Shown: piece by piece, positions 40,960 through 49,439 of the stretch
How positions within the stretch are numbered: position 1 is the first letter of the stretch
Layout of the letters: the number at the start of each line of letters is the position of its first letter
Assembly: GCA_964016885.1 (NCBI GenBank)
Contig: OZ024742.1
Coordinates: 106,082,001-106,146,000, forward strand
Length of the DNA: 64,000 nt
Origin: Eledone cirrhosa
Taxonomy: Eukaryota
Direction: 5' to 3'
Program-made: the position numbers and the translations under genes
The notes under the pieces: model-generated
Databases searched by the model: none
What the model was told of the DNA's origin: nothing
Seen by the model: the letters and a program-made list of their open reading frames with translations, nothing else

Positions 40960-40960
<1 letters not shown>
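38739..40960 (-). mobile_element. 5'-truncated R4/Dong-clade non-LTR retrotransposon in (TAA)n
   Basis: Open ORF plus ~74-nt 3' UTR, with (TAA)n on both sides of its sense strand. Confidence 0.9.
38813..40957 (-). CDS. N-terminally truncated RT + zinc knuckle + restriction-like endonuclease (R4 clade)
   Basis: NWKSPGPDG, NYRPITCL, IDYRKAFD, QGDSLSP, FMDD, CRICGEREETVAHIVSEC, RHD, RPDLVVVD..IVDVACP..EKINRY. There is no true start codon. Confidence 0.92.
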   Translation of the reverse strand, partial: TNWKSPGPDGVQGYWIKHLTSLHPKLTAMFNDCLVSGEVPEWLTKGTTVLIMKDRIKGNDATNYRPITCLPVMWKLLTSIVSEEIYHHLHTNNLLPDEQKGCRKKSRGTKDQLLIDKMVMGNCRRRHTDLAMGWIDYRKAFDMVPHSWITKSLEIFRVADNIRQLLGRSMGSWETELTSTGVSLGSVKIKRGIFQGDSLSPLLFVLALMPLTIMLRKVRAGYKLGRGELTINHLLFMDDLKLFGKSEKELDVLVDTVRIFSSDICMQFGIGKCGVIVMKRGRLSRSNGIQIPTGEMIKEIDSEEGYKYLGVLEADGIKNKKMKELLRTEYIRRVRSVLKSHLNSRNAISAVNSRAVSIIRYSAGILRWNVAEQKEMDRKTRKLLTIYNMFHKRSDVDRLYLRRSEGGRGLISIEDCVQMEKNNLYKYVTYSKEPMLRTVLKEGTVGQGMSREEITSRRKSSLKGKPLHSTFFEKTEFRDPQTWNWLRRGDLKKATEGMLMAAQEQALKTKWLKHHIYKEEASPLCRICGEREETVAHIVSECKHLAQTHYKGWRHDVMGRVIHWHLCKVNNLPHSEKWYEHRPEAVMENNQVKVLWDFRIQTDKKLEHNRPDLVVVDKEKRSCLIVDVACPFDTRVQEKEREKINRYQDLKWEVKRIWNCHEVKVIPIVIGALGTISKSFQGWLKKIGPFTLFGTLQKACLLGTARTLRYVLNI

Positions 40961-41016
<56 letters not shown>

Positions 41017-41229
41017 GAATGCCATGGTTGACGGAGGCTCGGCTCTGTAAGGTATAGTAATTTTTAACCGTTAAAACAATTGTAAATTGTTTAAAACTTG
41101 AACCAAATTGTTGATAAAGACACCCTCCTCCTCGTGAGAGGGGTCTTTCTGTCCGTTATTTGGCCCTTCGGGGTTAAATAGCCAGTTATTGGGGTTTTGT
41201 ACCCAAAATTTCATTTTAAACAAAAAAAC

Positions 41230-43329
41230 ATGGCTACCAAAAAAAAAAAATTTCATACGTCACTCCCACTCATTCCGTCTTCTTCTTCCTCAATCATCAC
41301 TACAGGAGAGAGAAGATTGTCTCTCTCCCTCCCTTCTTTAAATGTGTCTCTCTCCCTACCTTCTCTTTCGCAAGCGACGAAAGAAAAGAAAAGTCTCGTG
41401 CAAAGCGTGCAAGGTTTCTCCACGACGACGACGACAGCGACGAAACAGGTGTGCGGGAAATACGAAAACCCAGTTCATTCGTCTGACGTCAGGAATAATA
41501 GCAGTAGCAGCCGTAATAACAACAGCAACAGTGACAATGAAAACAACAGTAGCAGCCGCAACAGCATCACCAGCAGCATAAACAACAACAGCATTAGCAG
41601 CAGCAACACCAACAACAACCACAGCAACAGCGGCGGAGGCAGTAGTCGTAGTACCTGCAGCAACAACAAAAGTACCAGCAGCTCTGACGACAACAACAAC
41701 AGCAGAGAAAAACCAATCTCATTTGCAGGTATTGCGAAAAACCTGGAAACAATCCTCATAACAAATGAGGAATTAGAGGAAGCGAAGAAGATGGTGACAA
41801 AGAACGGACACCGAGCAATCTGCAAGGCAGCGAAAAATTTTTTCGAAACCCAAGAGCACTGTACGGTCACGTACCGTACAGTAAGTACAAAATCCCGTAG
41901 GGTGGAAAGAGCCACAGAGGCCCAAATACAAAAAGCCTTGGGGTCTGTGTGGCAGAGGAAAACGCACATCACCCGAGGCAAAAAATACGCCACCGTAGAC
42001 GTACTTTTTGCCACACCCCAGGAGGCAAAGGCCCAATCAGTAGTGACCCTAAGGAGCGAGGAAATGGTGTTGGTGCCCTCCTACTGCGGGCAAAAAATTG
42101 TGAGGGTCAAACTGACCCACGTCCCCCCCGGAATGACCCCTTCTTGGCTGGCCGCGTCTGTCCTCGTCGGAATCGAGGACAAAACAACTGTACTGCAAGT
42201 ACAGAAAAAAGTAAGAGAAGATTGGGTCGGCTCCTCCATTGAGATGCTAATCCAAACCAACCAGGAGTGCATCGAAGCTATCCCGGATGTGATAGACTTC
42301 GATAACGGCACTCAACTGCCCATAAGTATTGAGGGCAAACGCCCGAAATGCTTTCGCTGTGGATCGAAGACTCACCTCAGGGCCTTCTGCAACGAGAAGA
42401 CCCTGAGAAAGGAGAAAACCCCCCTCCTCCCGAATCCGGTTCCACGGCTACCAGCAACAGGACAAGCGGCAACCAGGAACGATAGGTCCGTGGCACCCAT
42501 ACCCACTCCACGGAAATCAAAGACAGCAGCAGCAGTGGAAATATTAACAACAACAACAGCAATACCAAATGCAGCTGCAACAGAGACTCCAGTGCAAACA
42601 TCACCAACAACAACAAGTGAAAGAGTGGAGCTGGTACCCCTCCCCGACCTTACAGAATCAGACATGGAGTGTGAGGTGGGAGAGGGATGGCAAAAGGTCT
42701 CAAGAAGGCACAAACGCAGAAGCAGCGCATCGTCGCCTTTGAAAAGGGAGGAAAGAAATGAGAAAAGGGTAAAGTCTACTGCAAAGAGACCCACAGCAGC
42801 AACACCACCAACACCATCACCACCCACACCAGCACCACCATCACCACCGGCGACAACCCCACCGCCAACAACACCTTCAACACCACCACCACAAGCACCA
42901 ACATCGCAAACACAACAACAAAACACACACACCCAGCAACAACGACAAGAAAATAGCAGAACCACACCCCACCCCCAGAAAAACAAATGCACGGCAATAA
43001 ACACACACAACAAGAAACTAATGACTTACATAATTGAACACACAGACATTTCACAACAGGACTACATAATACCAGCACCAATCAAAACGCCAACTAACAT
43101 AAGACTGCTAAAAATAGCACAGAAACAATACACAAACATTAAAACGAAATTCCCCAACGCAGTTGGTGATTTCAGGGACCTAGGAGGAACCATTAATCGA
43201 AGAGTATATTCAGACATTCTCTTAGAAGAGCCGACGACCAGCCGAAGGGACGATTCAACGGTCCCTTCACCAGACGATCAAGTGAAAAGGGATGTAAAAA
43301 CCATCCCTCCTCTACCAAAAATACGGTAA
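41230..43329 (+). CDS. ORF1 nucleic-acid-binding protein (699 aa) with CCHC knuckle
   Basis: ATG at 41230 is conserved in all copies (the upstream extension is absent in copy 3). CFRCGSKTHLRAFC fits CX2CX4HX4C; S/N-rich and P/T-rich tracts. Confidence 0.9.
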   Translation: MATKKKKFHTSLPLIPSSSSSIITTGERRLSLSLPSLNVSLSLPSLSQATKEKKSLVQSVQGFSTTTTTATKQVCGKYENPVHSSDVRNNSSSSRNNNSNSDNENNSSSRNSITSSINNNSISSSNTNNNHSNSGGGSSRSTCSNNKSTSSSDDNNNSREKPISFAGIAKNLETILITNEELEEAKKMVTKNGHRAICKAAKNFFETQEHCTVTYRTVSTKSRRVERATEAQIQKALGSVWQRKTHITRGKKYATVDVLFATPQEAKAQSVVTLRSEEMVLVPSYCGQKIVRVKLTHVPPGMTPSWLAASVLVGIEDKTTVLQVQKKVREDWVGSSIEMLIQTNQECIEAIPDVIDFDNGTQLPISIEGKRPKCFRCGSKTHLRAFCNEKTLRKEKTPLLPNPVPRLPATGQAATRNDRSVAPIPTPRKSKTAAAVEILTTTTAIPNAAATETPVQTSPTTTSERVELVPLPDLTESDMECEVGEGWQKVSRRHKRRSSASSPLKREERNEKRVKSTAKRPTAATPPTPSPPTPAPPSPPATTPPPTTPSTPPPQAPTSQTQQQNTHTQQQRQENSRTTPHPQKNKCTAINTHNKKLMTYIIEHTDISQQDYIIPAPIKTPTNIRLLKIAQKQYTNIKTKFPNAVGDFRDLGGTINRRVYSDILLEEPTTSRRDDSTVPSPDDQVKRDVKTIPPLPKIR

Positions 43330-43364
43330 GTGGTCTTTCCCATCTTTTCCACTCTATTTTAAAC

Positions 43365-46300
43365 ATGACCTCACTCAGAATAGGCAGCATAAATGCGCGT
43401 GGCTTGGGGTCGTCATGGAAGCAGGGTCACCTGCTCAACGACCTCAGGTCACTAAACATAGATGTAGTGGCCATCAGCGAGACCAGAATCTCCGAAGCAC
43501 GGGCCTTCGCACCGATCTTCGGCGGCTACGATGTGTACGCATCTCCCAGCCGTCCTGGATCGGGTGGAGGAGTTGCTGTGCTTTTTCGGAGAGGTTTGGA
43601 TCTCGCCATACGGGCCATCTTCCTGGACCCAGAGGGTAAGCTGGTGGTGCTGGACGTGACCAGCGGAGACGGGCAAGCTTTCAGGCTAGTGGCCGTCTAT
43701 GCCCCGACAGGAGCAGGGCGGCCTGATTTCTTCCGGCGTCTGGAGACCTTTCTTGGAACGTCGCGCTCTTTAGTGTTAGTGGGCGACTGGAACGGGATCT
43801 TAGATGCACGCTGGGACTGTGTGGGATTAGCGGATAGGGGTGGAGGGTGCAAGAGCCTCACCAACCTGCTCAGGCGTTTTGAACTGTCTGACAGGTACCG
43901 ATTGGATTTCCCGAATGTGCCAATGTGGACTTGGACAAACCGCATAGGGTCATCCAGATCATATCTAGATAGAGTATTTTGTAGGGAAATAGATAGGTCT
44001 AGCATAGGCTGTCCACAATTCAAGATAGTCAGCTACACGGACCACAAATTCGTGATCTGTGTGCTTGACTTAGATAGGCTTCATAGACGAGGACCCGGCT
44101 ACTGGAAGCTAAACGCGTCCTTACCAGCGCGCAAGGCCTACAGAGACCGGATTAGCGAACTAGTTAAGCGGGCGTTGACGGGGGCCATCGTCAACAACAA
44201 GTGGTGGTTTGCTCTGAAAAGAGCGATTAGAATAGAATCGATTAGGTTTAGTAAGGCTTTAGCAATAGAGAAAAATAGAGCAGAGGGAGAACTAGTTAGA
44301 AAATTAGACGAGGCGCTTAGCAAAGGCATTGCGACCGACGTGCTTGCGGCGAAATTGGCCCTTGACCAATTCTTCAATGCAAAGCACGAAGGCTGCGTTG
44401 TCAGAGCTAGGGTGCGTGCTCTCAGACACGAGGGGACGAAAGCCGTTCAATGGGCCCGAGTGGCGGAGGCGCGTCGTGGCAACAAAGCCACGATCCGGTC
44501 TTTGGTGGACCACGACGGGCGCATGCTACTCGATCCCGGGCAAATGTGTGAAGCTTTTCAGCGACACTTCGCTCAGCTGTTCGGGGGCAGCGGGGGGCCG
44601 GGTAGAGGGATGGACTTTAGTGTCTACCTCGACGGACTGCCGCGGCTCTCGGCCACTGAGGCGAAGTGTTGCGAAAAGCCGATAACAGCCGCTGAAGTAA
44701 GGGAGGCAATGACTGGCTGCACAAGGGGTAAATCGCCTGGTTTGGATGGTCTGCCCTATGAACTTTACGTACAGATGCCAGACTTGTTCGGAGGCCTCTT
44801 GGCGGACGTCTACTGCAACTGGCAACAGAACGGGAGAATTCCCAGTTCTGTGAGCCGAGGAGCGGTGGCACTGCTGAGAAAGGATCCGAACAAGGGGGAT
44901 AACATAGACAATTTCCGGCCCATAACTCTGCTAAACACAGAGTTTAAGATTTTGGCCAAGGTGCTAGCAAAGAGGTTGGCGCTTGTCGTTGGTGGTCTGG
45001 TGGGAGAGGCGCAGACATGCGCCATTCCCGACAGATCCATCCACGACAACCTCCACCTCATGCGATACATCGTAGAGAGGGTAGCTAGGGAACCTGGCAC
45101 GGGTGGGTCCTTGATCAATTTAGATCAGTCGAAAGCTTTCGATAGGGTCGACCATCGTTACCTAGCGGCAGTCCTGAGGGCGGCTGGCTTTGGGCCCGTC
45201 TTCAGAGGCTGGATCGCTGCCATGCACAGCGACATCTGCTCTGTGGTGAGAGTGAACGGTCACCTGTCGGAACCGTTCAACATCATGCGCTCGGTCCGCC
45301 AAGGATGTCCCCTCTCGTCCCTCTTGTACGTATTGACTCTCGAGCCATTACTGCACAAACTGGAGACGTTGAGGGGAGTCCCGCGCGAACTAGGATGCGG
45401 AAGATCCGTGTCAGCATATGCGGACGATGTCACCGTAGTGGTGTCGAACGCCAAACACATCGAGGCGATCGGCACTACACTAAGAGAATACGAAGCGGTG
45501 ACAGGAGCAATGATCAACCAGGAAAAGTCAGTGGGCCTGCAGCTCGGCACCTGGAGAGGCAGGTCCATGCCGTCCAACAGCGTCGTCGGGCGCTGGACGG
45601 ACGGACCGGTTAAATTGCTAGGGGTCTGGTTCGGTCCGGACCTCCAGACGGACAAAAACTGGGACGAGGTGACGAGCAGGGTGGCTTCTCTCACCCAGAA
45701 ATGGGCGGAGAGGAAGCTATCCCTGAAAGGTCGAGCGGAGGTGGCTAACGCGTACATCGCGTCTGTCATCTGCTACCGCCTAACCGTCGTACCTTGTCCT
45801 AAGCCTCGCCTGACTGCGCTGGAGCGTTTGCTCTTTCGCTTTTTGTGGAAGGGACGTGCTCCGATGGTCAGGCGGTCCATCTGTTGTCAACACCCGCTAC
45901 GTGGAGGGCTGGGCATGCCGTGGCTGATGATGCGCAGGCACGCGCTCAGGCTACGACATCTCCACCTCTTCCTCGACGGTGATCAGGTGTGGTCGCCGTT
46001 TGCTAGACGCGTTTTTCCCCAGCTCGTTTCCTTGACGGAGCTGCAGTCCTGGGTCAAGCGAAGACCGAGAGGGAGCGCCTGGAGACTGGAATGTCTTCAG
46101 GCGCTCACAGCCCTCGACCAATCGGGCAATGTGATCGGTGGAAACTCCACCTCGGCGTTCTATAGAGGATTAGTGGAGGGGAAGAGCGACGACGTACTTG
46201 GGGAAACTCTAGGCGTCGACGAAAATCAACTAGCCAATCTCTTCGGAAGAACCTTCGGGCCAGGGCCTATGGACAACTTCCAGAAATCTCTGGCCTGGCA

Positions 46301-46784
46301 GTGCTACCGAGGAGCCTTGCCAGTTCGGGATAAACTCTACAGGCATGGAGGTGCCGTCAGCCGGGCATGTCCGAGATGCGCGCAGGGCGACGAAACCGTC
46401 CTGCACGCACTCGTCCAGTGTCCGAAAATTGCTGACTTGTGGGTTTATGTCGAACACCTGCTGTCGCGTTTAGGACGGATCCAGCTATCATCTGAGTCTA
46501 TCGTGAGGATTGCCCCGCCCTCCTCCTTTAGCCGGGAAGGGCAGGCAGTTTTTATCTGTCTGGTGGCCATGGCGAAAGAGATAGTATGGTGGACACGTTT
46601 GAAAGGGCTGAAGACGAGCACTTACCTCTTCGGTGATGCTCTGATTGACTTTTTCAAATTTCATTTGAAAAGGAAAATCAGAGTAGAGAAGGAAGTGCTC
46701 TCTTCCCAGCATTTTGTTGAAAGATGGGTGAGAGAAGCAAGAATGGCCCGAGTGAATGGGCCGACTCTGAGTATATATCTGTAA
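43365..46784 (+). CDS. ORF2: APE endonuclease + reverse transcriptase + C-terminal CCHC (1139 aa)
   Basis: SINARG, SET, VYAP, GDWN, LDRV, TDH (APE); GPGYWKLN (Tx1/L1 linker); KSPGLDG, FRPITLLN, KAFDRV, QGCPLS, YADD (RT); CPRC..ETVLHALVQC. Confidence 0.97.
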   Translation: MTSLRIGSINARGLGSSWKQGHLLNDLRSLNIDVVAISETRISEARAFAPIFGGYDVYASPSRPGSGGGVAVLFRRGLDLAIRAIFLDPEGKLVVLDVTSGDGQAFRLVAVYAPTGAGRPDFFRRLETFLGTSRSLVLVGDWNGILDARWDCVGLADRGGGCKSLTNLLRRFELSDRYRLDFPNVPMWTWTNRIGSSRSYLDRVFCREIDRSSIGCPQFKIVSYTDHKFVICVLDLDRLHRRGPGYWKLNASLPARKAYRDRISELVKRALTGAIVNNKWWFALKRAIRIESIRFSKALAIEKNRAEGELVRKLDEALSKGIATDVLAAKLALDQFFNAKHEGCVVRARVRALRHEGTKAVQWARVAEARRGNKATIRSLVDHDGRMLLDPGQMCEAFQRHFAQLFGGSGGPGRGMDFSVYLDGLPRLSATEAKCCEKPITAAEVREAMTGCTRGKSPGLDGLPYELYVQMPDLFGGLLADVYCNWQQNGRIPSSVSRGAVALLRKDPNKGDNIDNFRPITLLNTEFKILAKVLAKRLALVVGGLVGEAQTCAIPDRSIHDNLHLMRYIVERVAREPGTGGSLINLDQSKAFDRVDHRYLAAVLRAAGFGPVFRGWIAAMHSDICSVVRVNGHLSEPFNIMRSVRQGCPLSSLLYVLTLEPLLHKLETLRGVPRELGCGRSVSAYADDVTVVVSNAKHIEAIGTTLREYEAVTGAMINQEKSVGLQLGTWRGRSMPSNSVVGRWTDGPVKLLGVWFGPDLQTDKNWDEVTSRVASLTQKWAERKLSLKGRAEVANAYIASVICYRLTVVPCPKPRLTALERLLFRFLWKGRAPMVRRSICCQHPLRGGLGMPWLMMRRHALRLRHLHLFLDGDQVWSPFARRVFPQLVSLTELQSWVKRRPRGSAWRLECLQALTALDQSGNVIGGNSTSAFYRGLVEGKSDDVLGETLGVDENQLANLFGRTFGPGPMDNFQKSLAWQCYRGALPVRDKLYRHGGAVSRACPRCAQGDETVLHALVQCPKIADLWVYVEHLLSRLGRIQLSSESIVRIAPPSSFSREGQAVFICLVAMAKEIVWWTRLKGLKTSTYLFGDALIDFFKFHLKRKIRVEKEVLSSQHFVERWVREARMARVNGPTLSIYL

Positions 46785-47044
46785 ACTAAAGGTGGAAAAC
46801 TGGGAGAGGGCACTTGCCTTGGTGGTCAGGGTCATTGTGGCTTTTTACTGGGCTTTCTCCACAAATGTCCCTCCGAAGTCTCCCCCCTATTGGGGAATTT
46901 TTCATTGTTATTTTCATTGTTATTTTTGTTACATCCTCTGTTTTTGTTTTTTTACACGCAGAAATGCCCATTTGTACCGTCCTGCATTGTCCTGCACTGT
47001 CCTTAATGTCTACTTTATGTAAACCCTTGTGGTTAATAAAGAAA

Positions 47045-47091
<47 letters not shown>

Positions 47092-47304
47092 GAATGCCAT
47101 GGTTGACGGAGGCTCGGCTCTGTAAGGTATAGTAATTTTTAACCGTTAAAACAATTGTAAATTGTTTAAAACTTGAACCAAATTGTTGATAAAGACACCC
47201 TCCTCCTCGTGAGAGGGGTCTTTCTGTCCGTTATTTGGCCCTTCGGGGTTAAATAGCCAGTTATTGGGGTTTTGTACCCAAAATTTCATTTTAAACAAAA
47301 AAAC

Positions 47305-49404
47305 ATGGCTACCAAAAAAAAAAAATTTCATACGTCACTCCCACTCATTCCGTCTTCTTCTTCCTCAATCATCACTACAGGAGAGAGAAGATTGTCTCTC
47401 TCCCTCCCTTCTTTAAATGTGTCTCTCTCCCTACCTTCTCTTTCGCAAGCGACGAAAGAAAAGAAAAGTCTCGTGCAAAGCGTGCAAGGTTTCTCCACGA
47501 CGACGACGACAGCGACGAAACAGGTGTGCGGGAAATACGAAAACCCAGTTCATTCGTCTGACGTCAGGAATAATAGCAGTAGCAGCCGTAATAACAACAG
47601 CAACAGTGACAATGAAAACAACAGTAGCAGCCGCAACAGCATCACCAGCAGCATAAACAACAACAGCATTAGCAGCAGCAACACCAACAACAACCACAGC
47701 AACAGCGGCGGAGGCAGTAGTCGTAGTACCTGCAGCAACAACAAAAGTACCAGCAGCTCTGACGACAACAACAACAGCAGAGAAAAACCAATCTCATTTG
47801 CAGGTATTGCGAAAAACCTGGAAACAATCCTCATAACAAATGAGGAATTAGAGGAAGCGAAGAAGATGGTGACAAAGAACGGACACCGAGCAATCTGCAA
47901 GGCAGCGAAAAATTTTTTCGAAACCCAAGAGCACTGTACGGTCACGTACCGTACAGTAAGTACAAAATCCCGTAGGGTGGAAAGAGCCACAGAGGCCCAA
48001 ATACAAAAAGCCTTGGGGTCTGTGTGGCAGAGGAAAACGCACATCACCCGAGGCAAAAAATACGCCACCGTAGACGTACTTTTTGCCACACCCCAGGAGG
48101 CAAAGGCCCAATCAGTAGTGACCCTAAGGAGCGAGGAAATGGTGTTGGTGCCCTCCTACTGCGGGCAAAAAATTGTGAGGGTCAAACTGACCCACGTCCC
48201 CCCCGGAATGACCCCTTCTTGGCTGGCCGCGTCTGTCCTCGTCGGAATCGAGGACAAAACAACTGTACTGCAAGTACAGAAAAAAGTAAGAGAAGATTGG
48301 GTCGGCTCCTCCATTGAGATGCTAATCCAAACCAACCAGGAGTGCATCGAAGCTATCCCGGATGTGATAGACTTCGATAACGGCACTCAACTGCCCATAA
48401 GTATTGAGGGCAAACGCCCGAAATGCTTTCGCTGTGGATCGAAGACTCACCTCAGGGCCTTCTGCAACGAGAAGACCCTGAGAAAGGAGAAAACCCCCCT
48501 CCTCCCGAATCCGGTTCCACGGCTACCAGCAACAGGACAAGCGGCAACCAGGAACGATAGGTCCGTGGCACCCATACCCACTCCACGGAAATCAAAGACA
48601 GCAGCAGCAGTGGAAATATTAACAACAACAACAGCAATACCAAATGCAGCTGCAACAGAGACTCCAGTGCAAACATCACCAACAACAACAAGTGAAAGAG
48701 TGGAGCTGGTACCCCTCCCCGACCTTACAGAATCAGACATGGAGTGTGAGGTGGGAGAGGGATGGCAAAAGGTCTCAAGAAGGCACAAACGCAGAAGCAG
48801 CGCATCGTCGCCTTTGAAAAGGGAGGAAAGAAATGAGAAAAGGGTAAAGTCTACTGCAAAGAGACCCACAGCAGCAACACCACCAACACCATCACCACCC
48901 ACACCAGCACCACCATCACCACCGGCGACAACCCCACCGCCAACAACACCTTCAACACCACCACCACAAGCACCAACATCGCAAACACAACAACAAAACA
49001 CACACACCCAGCAACAACGACAAGAAAATAGCAGAACCACACCCCACCCCCAGAAAAACAAATGCACGGCAATAAACACACACAACAAGAAACTAATGAC
49101 TTACATAATTGAACACACAGACATTTCACAACAGGACTACATAATACCAGCACCAATCAAAACGCCAACTAACATAAGACTGCTAAAAATAGCACAGAAA
49201 CAATACACAAACATTAAAACGAAATTCCCCAACGCAGTTGGTGATTTCAGGGACCTAGGAGGAACCATTAATCGAAGAGTATATTCAGACATTCTCTTAG
49301 AAGAGCCGACGACCAGCCGAAGGGACGATTCAACGGTCCCTTCACCAGACGATCAAGTGAAAAGGGATGTAAAAACCATCCCTCCTCTACCAAAAATACG
49401 GTAA
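47305..49404 (+). CDS. ORF1, copy 2
   Basis: Translation identical to copy 1. Confidence 0.9.
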   Translation: MATKKKKFHTSLPLIPSSSSSIITTGERRLSLSLPSLNVSLSLPSLSQATKEKKSLVQSVQGFSTTTTTATKQVCGKYENPVHSSDVRNNSSSSRNNNSNSDNENNSSSRNSITSSINNNSISSSNTNNNHSNSGGGSSRSTCSNNKSTSSSDDNNNSREKPISFAGIAKNLETILITNEELEEAKKMVTKNGHRAICKAAKNFFETQEHCTVTYRTVSTKSRRVERATEAQIQKALGSVWQRKTHITRGKKYATVDVLFATPQEAKAQSVVTLRSEEMVLVPSYCGQKIVRVKLTHVPPGMTPSWLAASVLVGIEDKTTVLQVQKKVREDWVGSSIEMLIQTNQECIEAIPDVIDFDNGTQLPISIEGKRPKCFRCGSKTHLRAFCNEKTLRKEKTPLLPNPVPRLPATGQAATRNDRSVAPIPTPRKSKTAAAVEILTTTTAIPNAAATETPVQTSPTTTSERVELVPLPDLTESDMECEVGEGWQKVSRRHKRRSSASSPLKREERNEKRVKSTAKRPTAATPPTPSPPTPAPPSPPATTPPPTTPSTPPPQAPTSQTQQQNTHTQQQRQENSRTTPHPQKNKCTAINTHNKKLMTYIIEHTDISQQDYIIPAPIKTPTNIRLLKIAQKQYTNIKTKFPNAVGDFRDLGGTINRRVYSDILLEEPTTSRRDDSTVPSPDDQVKRDVKTIPPLPKIR

Positions 49405-49439
49405 GTGGTCTTTCCCATCTTTTCCACTCTATTTTAAAC

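Larger units (their letters stand above)
41017..47046 (+). mobile_element. Full-length Tx1/L1-type LINE, copy 1
   Basis: 5' UTR, ORF1, ORF2 and 3' UTR with AATAAA, flanked by (TTA)n on both sides. Confidence 0.97.

Noticed and set aside
40961-41016. (TTA)n as a telomeric repeat
   Set aside because: No TTAGGG arrays; the tracts are short and interstitial.
41120-41146. Canonical HDV-like ribozyme at CTCCTCGT
   Set aside because: An L3-like string is present, but P1, P3 and J4/2 could not be assembled; kept only as a speculative structure.
41197-41229. 11-aa N-terminal extension of ORF1 in the ORF track
   Set aside because: Non-ATG start and out of frame in copy 3; the ATG at 41230 is the conserved start.
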